DNA from: Octopus bimaculoides
Lineage: Eukaryota
NCBI RefSeq assembly: GCF_001194135.2
Contig: NC_068981.1
Location: 20,968,641-21,032,640, forward strand
DNA: 64,000 bases
Direction of reading: 5' to 3'
Position numbers and translations under genes: made by a program. The notes under the pieces were generated by a model. It worked only from the letters and a program-made list of their open reading frames with translations. It made no database searches and was not told where the DNA came from. Positions 37,630-48,807 of this stretch are shown here, in pieces. Position 1 is the stretch's first letter. Each line of letters opens with the position of its first letter.

Positions 37630-38612
37630 AATCCAAATTAGTAGTGGGGGTGGGTGCGCTGAAAGTGTAGCTGCTAGAATAAGAATAGCCTGGGCAAAGT
37701 TTAGAGAGCTCTTACCCCTGCTGGCGACAAAGGGACTCTCACTCAGAGTAAAAGGCAGACTGTATGACGCATGCGTACGAACAACCATGCTACATGGCAG
37801 TGAAACATGGGCTGTAACTGCTGAGGACATACGTAAGCTCGCAAGGAATGAAGCCAGTATGCTCCGTTGGATGTGTAATGTCAATGTGAATACCCGTCAG
37901 AGTGTAAGTATCTTGAGAGAAAAGCTGAACATTAGAAGCATCAGTTGTGTGCAAGAGAGACGATTGCGCTGGTATGGACATNNNNNNNNNNNNNNNNNNN
38001 NNNNNNNNNNNNNNNNNNNNNNNNNNNNNNNNNNNNNNNNNNNNNNNNNNNNNNNNNNNNNNNNNNNNNNNNNNNNNNNNNNNNNNNNNNNNNNNNNNNN
38101 NNNNNNNNNNNNNNNNNNNNNNNNNNNNNNNNNNNNNNNNNNNNNNNNNNNNNNNNNNNNNNNNNNNNNNNNNNNNNNNNNNNNNNNNNNNNNNNNNNNN
38201 NNNNNNNNNNNNNNNNNNNNNNNNNNNNNNNNNNNNNNNNNNNNNNNNNNNNNNNNNNNNNNNNNNNNNNNNNNNNNNNNNNNNNNNNNNNNNNNNNNNN
38301 NNNNNNNNNNNNNNNNNNNNNNNNNNNNNNNNNNNNNNNNNNNNNNNNNNNNNNNNNNNNNNNNNNNNNNNNNNNNNNNNNNNNNNNNNNNNNNNNNNNN
38401 NNNNNNNNNNNNNNNNNCGTTTTCGTGCGGGTGACACGTAAAAGCACCCACTACACTCTCTGAGTGGTTGGCGTTAGGAAGGGCATCCGGCTGTAGAAAC
38501 TCTGCCAAATTAGATTGGAGCCTGGTGTTGCCATCCGGTTTCACCAGTCCTCAGTCAAATCGTCCAACCCATGCTAGCATGGAAAGTGGACATTAAACGA
38601 TGATGATGATGC
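37630..38612 (+). mobile_element. Younger RTE LINE 3' portion (N gap 37982-38416 inside)
   Basis: GGGCAESVAARIRIAWAKFRELLPLLATKGLSLRVKGRLYDACVRTTMLHGSETWAVTAEDIRKLARNEASMLRWMCNV open frame; tail GATGATGATG at 38599. Confidence 0.9.
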
Positions 38613-39413
38613 TAAAAAGTCAGTAACTTACTATTTCTGGTATCAAAAGAGATTGTTAAATGTGGTTGGAACCTGTGGAAGGGGCAAACCCAGGAAGACA
38701 TGGAATGAAGTAGTGAAGACCAACCTCAGGTTGTTGAGCTTCAAAGAAAAGATGACAACGGATGGAGATGATTGATGATATGCTGTGTTTGAGAAGACTT
38801 TTCCATCTTGGCAAAAGTGAGGTCTTAAAAGCACATCATTTATGATTATTCTCCCACACTCAATCTGTCCCTGTTAAGCCTTACCCCACAACTCATCTTC
38901 CATTGCACTACCCATATAGATGCTATAATCATATGATCTCCATCCTCTTTCATTTCTGTGCTGTCAGTTGTCTTTTTGCTTTGAACCTCTTTTGTTACTT
39001 CACCTCTACCACCATCTCTGATTCATCTGTCACTCTCCTTTCACACTCTTGCAAACTTACCTATCTCCACCAGCCTTTCCAATTCTCTCTCTGTATCTCT
39101 TTATACTCAGCTTCTTATACCTTGAGGGTATACCCTGACACCTCATCATCACCATTTCTTTCCTCTCTTTTCAGCAGGGGTAGGCATGTATCTACTTTAC
39201 AGCAAGACATCTCTTCTAGTTCCACTATCATAATTTAACCTCTCCACACCTAGCATAAAGCCACCTCCCTCAATACTACACCATCACTCACAATTACCTA
39301 CAGCATAAATAAAATGGTGAAATACAGAGGAACAGGTGGTAGAATACAGTAAATAGATAGAAAAGTCGATACGAGAAGGGGTGTAGTGGAAGTCCCATGC
39401 TTTCATACATATA

Positions 39414-40695
39414 TTAGGTTGTCAAGAAAGTTCTTGCGGTTTTAACCTTTAAATTCAGATGCACATATCTCGGCACAAACAAAACTTTATTAATTTGAAT
39501 GAACACCACCAGAATCAACGAACTTTTGTCAAAGCAAAACAAGTTTATTTATGCCAGTAGCGTAAAAATCCTATGTTCTAGTGGTGATGAAATCGTTAAA
39601 GATGTGTTTGGCATCGTCTTGGTTTTTGAAGCATTCTTCACACAGGAAGTTGTCGAGATGCTTGATAAAGTAATAGTTGGTAGGCGAGAGGTCTGGTGAG
39701 TATGGTGGATGAGGCAGAGCTTTGTAGCCCAATTCATTCAACTTCTGCAGGGTCAGTTGTGCAACGTGCAGCTGAGCGTTGTTGTGGAGAAGAATTGGTC
39801 CTTTTCTATTGACCAATGCTGACTGTTGTCAGAGTTTCTTATGCATTTCATCCATTTGCTGACTGTACTTCTCCGCTGTAATGGTTTTACCTGGATCCAA
39901 AAAGCTGTGATAGATGAGACCGGCTGCAGGCCACCAAACAGTCATCATGACCTTCTTTTGGTGCAACTTTGGCTTCGGGAAGTGCCATGGAGCTTCGTCA
40001 GTGTCCAACCACTGAGCTGAACATTGCCAGTTGTTGTAAAGAATCCACTTTTCATCACAAGTCACAATCCGGTCGAGAAACAGGTCATTCTTGTTGAGTA
40101 AAAGAAGGGAAGACGACACTTCAAAACAGCGTTTTTTTTTGTTGTCATTCAATTCGTGCAGCACCCATTTCTCAGGTATTTTTGTTTTTACAATCTTTTT
40201 CAAGTGGTTGGAAGTTGTCATATATGTTACGTCTAATTCAGAAGCAAGCTTTCAAACAGTTGTGTGTGAATTGGCTTCCACTAAGGCTCTTAGTTGATCG
40301 TTGTCAACATCCGATGGCCAACCACTATACTTAGCATCTTCAAGACTCTCGTCACCACTATAAAATTTATTGAACCACCATTGTGCTGTACGTTCATTAG
40401 TGGCTCCTGGGCCAAACGCATCGTTGATATCGTGAGCTGTTTCAGCAGCTTTTTGGCCTAGCTTGAACTGGAATAAGAAAATAGTACGAATTTGCTTTTT
40501 GTCCATGTTGTAATGAACGTTCTGGGAAAAATGGCCTAATTATTCAAAAAGAAAAAGAGTAACACGATTAGATAGAGTGAAAAACGGGCTTTAAAATGAT
40601 ATATAAAGTCAAAGTAATTTAACGAAAATTAATTTGAAAATACATCGTTTAAAACCAAAATTAAAAATTCCACAAGAACTTTCTTGACAACCTAA
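39414..40695 (-). mobile_element. Full-length (1282 bp) mariner of the cecropia/Hsmar1 type, frameshifted transposase
   Basis: TA|TTAGGTTGTCAAGAAAGTTCTTG ... CAAGAACTTTCTTGACAACCTAA|TA; [53 protein letters not shown] across ORFs 40506-40252, 40221-39829, 39816-39571. Confidence 0.95.
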
Positions 40696-41997
40696 TATAA
40701 GCAAATACAAATAGACACCCAAGCACATTTGCAACTGTTCACATACAATAGAGTGGAGGGGAGGAAAAGAGATAGTCCCTAAACCCATGAACTCAATGGT
40801 GAGGACAACAACAACATGAACCATAGTGACAAAAACAATAACAATATATTAGCAATATCAACTACTGTACAAACAACCACAGTCATAAATCACAGATAAA
40901 GGGTTTAGTGGTTGTCAGTTCATTGACAGGTTTATAATATCAGTTTTATATATAAAGTTCTCTGGCAGAAAAATAAAGTATTTTTGTAAGAATTTTCATA
41001 GTCTGTAGTGAGCGACAAGTAGTGTATCACCCACCCCTCACCATTTCACTTGCTCACATTAACCATCCCGTGTACCATTACCTATTACACACACATACTA
41101 TGTTGAATCTAACCATCCACACATACACACTTATGCACACACATTTTGCTATGTATCTACGCTCACATAGCAATACATATACTCATGTACAAACTCTGTC
41201 CACACTATTATATTGTATGCAACCAGACATAGTAGGTTACTATTACTCTTATGCACTCCATCCTTCACGTGATCACATATGTTTGTTGGTTTTCACAAAA
41301 CAGGTCGATTACCCAAGTGTATTATATAATTCTATCCAGCTCAGTAAGTTAAAAGATCTATGTGATCTGCAGTTGTAACGAATGCACATGGCATTCTGTA
41401 GAAGAGTAAATTAATATGTGTAATTTGTGTCACAATACAGTACTCCATAAAAATGTAGCTGGCATAAGCATTGGGATATATACATAGATGAAAAGGATAG
41501 AAAAAGGGTTTCAGCATGGATATACAGATGAGTGTATGGGTAGAGGGTTTTACTAAATTATATCAAGTGTGTGAAAACCATGAGAAAAGGATGCTTACAA
41601 TCCTCATGTCAATGTAAGGCCAGTAGTGTACTAGTGCAACTCTTTGTAGCTCAAGTAGTTCCCAACTCAGTAATTTTGTAAAGTTCTATTCTTATGGTGG
41701 GTACATTTATTAAGATCTCTACTATCAACTAACACAATCTTGAATCTGTCTTTCATGCATAACCCACATGGATGTCTATCTGCACTCTCTCACAGAAACT
41801 AAGTACATTTTGTCATTTTAGTTTTCAGTTTTACTTTTAAGTATATTCACAAAAAAAGATATGAAAGTTAAAATGTATTAAATCATTCCAGCATTATGCA
41901 CCATTTGTGCCAATATGTAGAATATATTTTGTTTTATATATACACACATATATGGTCATAACAATACTTTTAGACAAATAGTATATATATATATATA

Positions 41998-42412
41998 GGC
42001 GTAGGAGTGGCTGTGTGGTAAGTAGCTTGCTTACCAACCACATGGTTCCAGGTTCAGTCCCACTGTGTGGCACCTTAGGCAAGTGTCTTCTACTATAGCC
42101 TCGGGCCGACCAAAGCCTTGTGAGTGGATTTGGTAGACGAAAACTGAAAGAAGCCCGTCGTATATATGTATATATATGTATGTATGTGTGTGTATATGTT
42201 TGTGTGTCTGTGTTTACGTCCCCCCAACATCGGTTGACAACCGATGCTGGTGTGTTTACGTCCCCGTAACTTAGCGGTTTGGCTAAAGAGACCGATAGAA
42301 TAAGTACTAGGCTTACAAAGAATAAGTCCTGGGGTCGATTAGTTCGGCTAAAAGGCGGTGCTCCAGCATGGCCACAGTCAAATGACTGAAACAAGTAAAA
42401 GAGTAAAAAGAG
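41998..42412 (+). mobile_element. tRNA-derived SINE, full length
   Basis: GGCGTAGGAGTGGCTGTGTGGTAAG..GGTTCAGTCCC head, GGCACCTTAGGCAAGTGTC core-like segment, internal (TA/TG)n, (AAGAGTA)n-type tail. Confidence 0.85.
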
Positions 42413-42609
42413 TATATATATATATAGATACATATACAAATATATCTGCCTGCAAATCAAACCCCATGTAGTGTTAAGTGTGCAACATCTGGATAATAAA
42501 ACTGGTTGGTCACAGCTGGAGTGCATTATTGTTATTCCTTAGTATAAAGGATTTATTGAAATGTAAGTAAAATGTATTCTTGTAGTTGCATATATCCAGA
42601 AACAAACTA

Positions 42610-42870
42610 TTTTTTGTTGATTGGTTTTCCATTTCAATAGGAAATAATCTAATAATGCTTTGAAATTTTGGCACAAGGCCAGCAATTTCGGAGGAGGGGG
42701 TAAGTTGGTTACACTGACCCCAGTGTTCAACTGATACTTTTTTCATTGACCCTGAAAGGACGAAAGGTAAAGTCGATCTCGGTGGAATTTGAACTCAGAA
42801 CGTAAGGTCAAATGAAATACCATTAAGCATTTTGTCCAGTGTGTCTGTCAGTCAGCTCACTGCCCTAGGA
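42610..42870 (+). mobile_element. Second SINE-type repeat, 3' fragment
   Basis: TTGACCCTGAAAGGACGAAAGGTAAAGTCGATCTCGGTGGAATTTGAACTCAGAACGTAAG, resembling a Nin-type SINE conserved domain (from recollection). Confidence 0.5.
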
Positions 42871-43186
42871 ATTAATCTAATAATAATCATTTAAATTCAG
42901 GTCCATTATAAAGTCTATGTGAAATTTTAGTTTATAGAAATTTAAAATTATAGTGCTTTTAATAAAAATAGCATTGTACTTTCTAATAAAACTTACTCTT
43001 AATGAAGTGGAGTGGTTGTAATTGTGTGAATTTGTGTCAATAGATTGTTTCTCTTAAATTAATCATCCTAAAATATACTAGAAACTTTCATCAGAAAATC
43101 CTGAAAATCCCTTCCACTACCTTTTCATAAAGCTTTCTATTATTATTCTCCTATTCATTTACACTTCCAGTATATATATATATATA

Positions 43187-43318
43187 TGTATAAACAGGTT
43201 GTAAAGTTAACAACACTACTTACTTACTTACTTTACTATATAACGGTTTTCCCGTTTTCTTAACCGATATTGCATGCAGTTTTCAATATGTTTCATGTCA
43301 TTACAACCTGTTTATACA
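43187..43318. mobile_element. Small MITE with perfect 18-bp TIRs
   Basis: TGTATAAACAGGTTGTAA (43187-43204) / TTACAACCTGTTTATACA (43301-43318). Confidence 0.65.
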
Positions 43319-43332
43319 CATGTATTTTAAGG

Positions 43333-43430
43333 TCAACTATTAATGTTGTCTGTTGTTTGCTGTCTGCTATGAATTAATGAAACTTGACCCTGAAGAGATG
43401 CAAGATCCCATTTTCTTATCTCAGACAAGA
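43333..43430 (+). other. Candidate plus-strand exon
   Basis: TATTTTAAG|GTC acceptor and AGA|GTGAGT donor; contains ATG AAA CTT GAC CCT... (MKLDPEEMQDPIFLSQTR); no homology recognised. Confidence 0.3.
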
Positions 43431-45009
43431 GTGAGTCGAGATATTGCATTGAAATGTGCACAGGTCATTATTAAACAAGTTTTTACGATGGATCGCGTTT
43501 ATGGCTTTTATTTAAATTGATATATATATATAGATCAAAACAGTTTGATTCTAGAGTACCATACTGGCATGGGTTGGATGGTTTAATAATATTTGGCAAG
43601 CTGCAGGGCTGTCATCTTTGGCATGGTTTTTTATTCCTGCTAGCCCTTTCTAACATCAACCAATTTACAGTATATATTGAATGTTTTGTTTCATGCCACT
43701 GACTTTAATGAGGTTCCAAGTAACTTGCAAGACAGGAAAAGAACAGGGAAAAAAAGGTAAAAAAAAGCTAAGTGGCTGGGTGGCATAGTTTGAAATGGGG
43801 AGGTGGTTTTATGCCAGATTTTGAGAGGCTAATGTATGAGAGAAGGACAAATAGACAGGTGTCCTACTATAGAGAAGATGCATGGCTACCTCACATTGTA
43901 TAAGCACTTGCAGGAGTAGCTAGGAAGAAGATAAAAATAGTAGTGATGGGGTATAAGGAATTTGTGGGGAGAGGGGGTAGTTTCATAATAGTGTGGTGGG
44001 GAGAGGGGGTAGTTTCATAATAGTGTGGTGGGGAGAGTAACATGATTAGAGATGTGGGAAGAAAGGATAATGAGAATAAGGAATGGAAGGTTCTAGGGTG
44101 AGTAAGAGGTAACTTATAATGAAAAGAAAGGAGAGGAAATAACATGTACTGAGTGGCGCCCAAGGTAGAGAAATAATGGTGCACTAGGTGTTAGAGGAAT
44201 GAGATGTGGCATGGAATGCTTGATGGGGCAGAATGGGTCACAAGCATAAACAGAATGTTTTAGGAAACCATTTTTTACTGTGATGGACAGGTCTTTTCAA
44301 GCACAGCGAATCACCAATCATCTTGGTTGATTGTCATCTTCTCTGTAAGGTTCAGCATCTTGAGATCAATCTTCACTACTTCATTCAATATCTTCATGGG
44401 CCTTTTTCTTCAACAAGTTTCATAGTATTGGGTCATGTATTTACTGCCTGTCAGCTCTGGTATTTGAGACAAACATGAAACACAGTAATTTGTTCTTTAT
44501 TGCTAACTACTTAATTGGGTGTGGTGTTTGTTGCAAGTCTGCCTTTAACAGTAGTTTGAATATAATATTTCTGCTCGTGATCAAGTTGTGGTAACAGCTA
44601 AATCTCCTTCAAACTGTACCTTAACATCTTAAATAAAGGAAAATACATTGAACATTTTGGTCTCTGATATATAGATGTACAGGATGTTTGCAGTTGCAGT
44701 TGGCCAGCTGGAGAGCTCCATTTTTATGTTTTGGCATGGTTTCTATGGCTGGATGCCTGTCCTAACACCGACCACTTTACAAAGTGGACTGGGAGCTTTT
44801 ATGTAGCACCAGCATGGGCACTTTTATATAGCACTGGCATGGGTACTTTTATATGGCACTGGAATGGACACTTTTATGTGGCACTAGAATGAGTGCTTTT
44901 ACATGGCACCAGACCCATGAGCCTGCAAGACTTGGATCTCTCATTTGAGAGAGGATGTAAAGGACATGCCTATATGCAAAAAAAAAAAAAAAAAGGACAC
45001 ATTAGATTT

Positions 45010-45420
45010 CCTTTTTTTTTTTTTTATCCGTTTCAGTCATTGGACTGTAGCCATGCTGGGGCACCACCCTGAAGAGTTTAGTTGAACAAATCGACCCTGT
45101 AACAAGTAGAATAAATAGCAGACTGAAAAATATTTGCAGTCTAGTACTTGTTTTATCAGTCTCTTTTGCTGAGCTGCTAAGTTATAGGGAAAAGGCACCA
45201 CCAGTTGTCAAGCAGTGGTGGAGACAAACACAAGGGCACACACACATACACACACATGCGTGTGAGACAGACTTTCTTACAATTTCTGCCTACCACATTC
45301 CCTCAGAAGGCATTGATTGGCCTGGGGCTATAAGTAGAAAACACTTGCCCAAACATGTAAGAAGATGGGATGGTCATAGATGGAATGGCTTTGATCATAG
45401 GTTTGCTCAATCAGGCTTGA
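45010..45420 (-). mobile_element. Decayed tRNA-derived SINE
   Basis: TTTCAGTCATTGGACTGTAGCCATGCTGGGGCACC...CCAGTTGTCAAGC...AAAACACTTGCCCAA = reverse complement of the 41998 family. Confidence 0.7.
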
Positions 45421-45579
45421 CTTGTATTAAACAACAATTAAACAAATTAAAACTAAGAGAAGTGTATTTAGAGATTTAGTGTTATACAGTGTTCTGTTAA
45501 GCTTTACTCATTTCAAACAAAATAGCCTGTGGAATGTTCCTTAGATATTTAGAAATCCTAGGATGAAATTAATATCTAC

Positions 45580-46180
45580 AGTGATAGTAAAACTAGTATA
45601 AACTAGAATACTAATTTTACTATTATTATATAGAGATATAATATAATAGTAAACATAATATCTTAAATATTGTCAAACTTGAATTTCTTAGTGTCATAAT
45701 AGGAGCTGGCATCCATAGTGTAACAATAGTAAAACTAGTACCCTCAATGTCATTGGTAGTTAGTACCCTTAATGTAATCATCATCATCATTGTTTAACAT
45801 CTACTTTCCATGCTATTATGGATTGGACGATTTGACTGAGGACTGGTGAAACCGGATGGCTACACCAGGCTCCAATCTGATTTGGCAGTGTTTCTACAGG
45901 TGGATGCCCTTCCTAACGCCAACCACTCTGAGAGTGTAGTGGGTGCTTTTACGTGCCACCGGCAAACTAATATCTATATAATAGTAATAAAAGTAATATC
46001 CTAATGTAGTAACAGTCAAACTAGTATTCTCCATATAATAGTAAAGCTAGTACCCGCTAATGATAAAACTCCTATCCTCTATGTAATAGTAAAACTAGTG
46101 TTCTCTATGTAGTATTAGTGAAGTTAGTCTCCTTTATATAGTAGTAGTAAAGATAGTATCTGCTATCTAGTAATAATAAG
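45580..46180. repeat. Degenerate ~27-30-bp minisatellite interrupted by an RTE tail (45776-45965, minus)
   Basis: Recurrent TAATAGTAAAACTAGTA units on both sides of CATCATCATTGTTTAACATC...GTGCCACCGGC. Confidence 0.6.
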
Positions 46181-46706
46181 GCTATGGATTTGGTAGAATG
46201 GCAGGTAACATAATTTGTTCCAGCCTTTATATTCTGACATCAACTCACCCTGTGTTAAACCTTGCCATTCATCAGTTCTTCCCAGTTTGAGCAAATTTAA
46301 TGTCGGTTAAATATTGAGGTCAAATTAACTAATACTGCTAGGCGTCTTCAAACAAGAGACTGGTTGTTGAAGAATGGACACAGTATTGTTATGAGCTGCT
46401 ACTTCAGCTTTATAAGAATTGTATCCAGCCGAAGAAGTAATAGTGAAATCAGTATTCTCTATTAAATATTGTCCTATAACCAAATCTTTTATTAATGAAA
46501 TGGATCACTTCTTACTCAAGGAAATTCATGTACTTAACTGAAGTCTGAACCATAAAAATGCAAGTGAGAGTTTTAAAGACACCTTATGTAGAATAGACCC
46601 GGTCAAACTTCGAGCTTTGATATTTGTTCCAATGAAAGGCCAAATTGATTTCAGAAAAATTTGGATTCAAAACTTCTCTTACAATTTTATAGCCTATTTA
46701 CGACAA

Positions 46707-46707
<1 letters not shown>

Positions 46708-46769
<62 letters not shown>

Positions 46770-46793
46770 CACTACTACTACTACTACTGCTGT

Positions 46794-46847
<54 letters not shown>

Positions 46848-46868
46848 CACTACTACTACTACTGCTGT

Positions 46869-46908
<40 letters not shown>

Positions 46909-46922
46909 GTTACTGTTACTAC
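46708..46922. repeat. (TAC)n microsatellite with recurring CAC and TGCTGT interruptions
   Basis: Direct reading; the poly-Y/L/V ORFs are artefacts. Confidence 0.95.
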
Positions 46923-47137
46923 CAAAGTGAGTGCTAGGATACTTGATTATGTATGAATAAAAATACCTTCAAAACAGGGAGACAACCCTGAAATTTTAAT
47001 TGGAATTAATTATGGAATGCAGGAGGCATCTTCGAGTATTTATTCCAGTTATTCTTTGAAGTTATGCTACTCAGTGTTCATTCATAAAACCTTATATCTC
47101 TTTCGTCATTTTAGGATTGTACAGGTATGGCTTGACT

Positions 47138-47182
47138 GTTCTCACTGATGAGGCCCTATAAGATTGAAACATGTTTGGAGTT
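47138..47182 (+). ncRNA. Degenerate minimal hammerhead-like motif
   Basis: UUCUCA-CUGAUGA-GGCC CUAUAA GAUU-GAAAC-AUGU-UUGGAG; stem II poorly paired. Confidence 0.4.
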
Positions 47183-47745
47183 GTCACTCCTCTGCTGCAT
47201 TTCATATGTAATTAATTAAAATTTTAGAAATTCTTTTTATTGCTAGAATTAATCATTCAGGTAGTGATTATGTTCATCACTAAGAGTGCAGTTTTGATTA
47301 AATAAAATTTCTTGGCTTACTACCTTAAGTATAACTGCATTCTCTTTACAGCTGCCACAGTTATGTCATCTTGTCTTTAAAGCTGTCATGTTTAGAACAA
47401 TAGAAAACAATTAAATTATTTATATTTTCCGATACTATTTTTAAGAAATTGCTTGACTTCTTTCTGTATCATGCAATGGAAAACCACCTGTTTTTATTCT
47501 ACTCATGGAACCTGACTTTACATGAAGTAACATTATGAATATAACTAAATCTAAAGACTTAGTCTTTGTTGTTGTAACAGTATTGTTTCCTCTATCATAG
47601 ACTGAAAGATACAAAGTTTAGGAGAGAAATATAGTTGATTATATCAAATGTTTTGGGTACTTATTTTATTGACCCTGCAAGTATGAAAAACAAAGTCAGT
47701 GTAATTTAAAACCTTAAGGTGTTAAGAATTGTAAATAAATAAGCA

Positions 47746-48146
47746 CAGGAGTGGCTGTGTGGTAAGTAGCTTGCTTACCAACCACATGGTTCCTGGTTCA
47801 GTCCCACTGCGTGGCACCTTAGGCAAGTGTCTTCTACTATAGTCTCGGGCCGACCAAAGCCTTGTGAGTGGATTTGGTAGACGGAAACTGAAAGAAGCCT
47901 GTCGTATATATGTATATATGTATGTGCATGTATATGTTTGTGTCTGTGTTTGTCCCCCCAGTATCGCTTGACAACCGATGCTGGTGTGTTTACGTCCCCG
48001 TAACTTAGCGGTTCGGCAAAAGAGACCGATAGAATAAGTACTGGGCTTACAAAGAATAAGTCCTGGGGTTGATTTGCTGGACTAAAGGCGGTGCTCCAGC
48101 ATGGCTGCAGTCAAATGACTGAAACAAGTAAAAGAGTAAAGAGTAA
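47746..48146 (+). mobile_element. tRNA-derived SINE, full length (same family as 41998)
   Basis: Near-identical head, core and tail to 41998-42412. Confidence 0.85.
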
Positions 48147-48783
48147 AATATTGCTAGACATTTTCTTCAAATGCTGTATTGATTCTACCAATCCACTTCT
48201 AAATCTTTAGAAATAATTATCTCAAAAACTTTAAGCATTGAATCTTCATGAATTTTTCATAATTCTTTGAAACCTTTTGTTTTTCTCTATCTGCACCATA
48301 ATCCACAAATAGATGTTTTCTTTAATCCATATAATTTTCATTTCTTTTTTTTGCAAATTTCAGAATTTAAAAGCTGGTAATTATGTAACTCCACTGAATA
48401 TTCTATAAATTTCTGGTTTAACTTATTTAATGTGTGAAAGACCAGATCTGAATGCTGATTAAAGTTATTGATATGATAAAATATTCTGTTGATCATGTTA
48501 AAATAGAAATATGATTGGTTGATTAATTAAAAATTGATTTAAAATAAATAAAAAAAAAAAAAATTAGTTTGATACAGTTGCATGGTAATTTTAATTACTA
48601 TAAGTTAAATGACTGATTTCGTCATTGGATAAACAAGTCTATAACATCTACAGCAATGGTATATAAGATCATTTTAACATTGTTATATTAAAAGCATTTT
48701 CAAGCATCAAATTAAAAGAAAAACTTTTATTGTATTTTGTTGGAAAGTAATTTATTATGATTTTTTTTTATTTTTGCCCTCAG

Positions 48784-48807
48784 ATGACTATGTCCGGACA
48801 CTGCAAG
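48784..48807 (+). other. Candidate 24-nt microexon
   Basis: T-rich tract TTTTTTTTTATTTTTGCCCTCAG|ATGACTATGTCCGGACACTGCAAG|GTATAC. Confidence 0.4.

Noticed and set aside
37790-38544. ORFs spanning N runs (also 1641-2069, 8764-9331, 14681-15199, 55574-55876)
   Set aside because: Length is inflated by assembly gaps.
43962-44038. G-rich tandem duplication of about 32 bp
   Set aside because: Simple local duplication in decayed purine-rich sequence; no further structure.
46617-46937. Poly-Tyr, poly-Leu and poly-Val ORFs
   Set aside because: Trinucleotide microsatellite with no splice or domain context.
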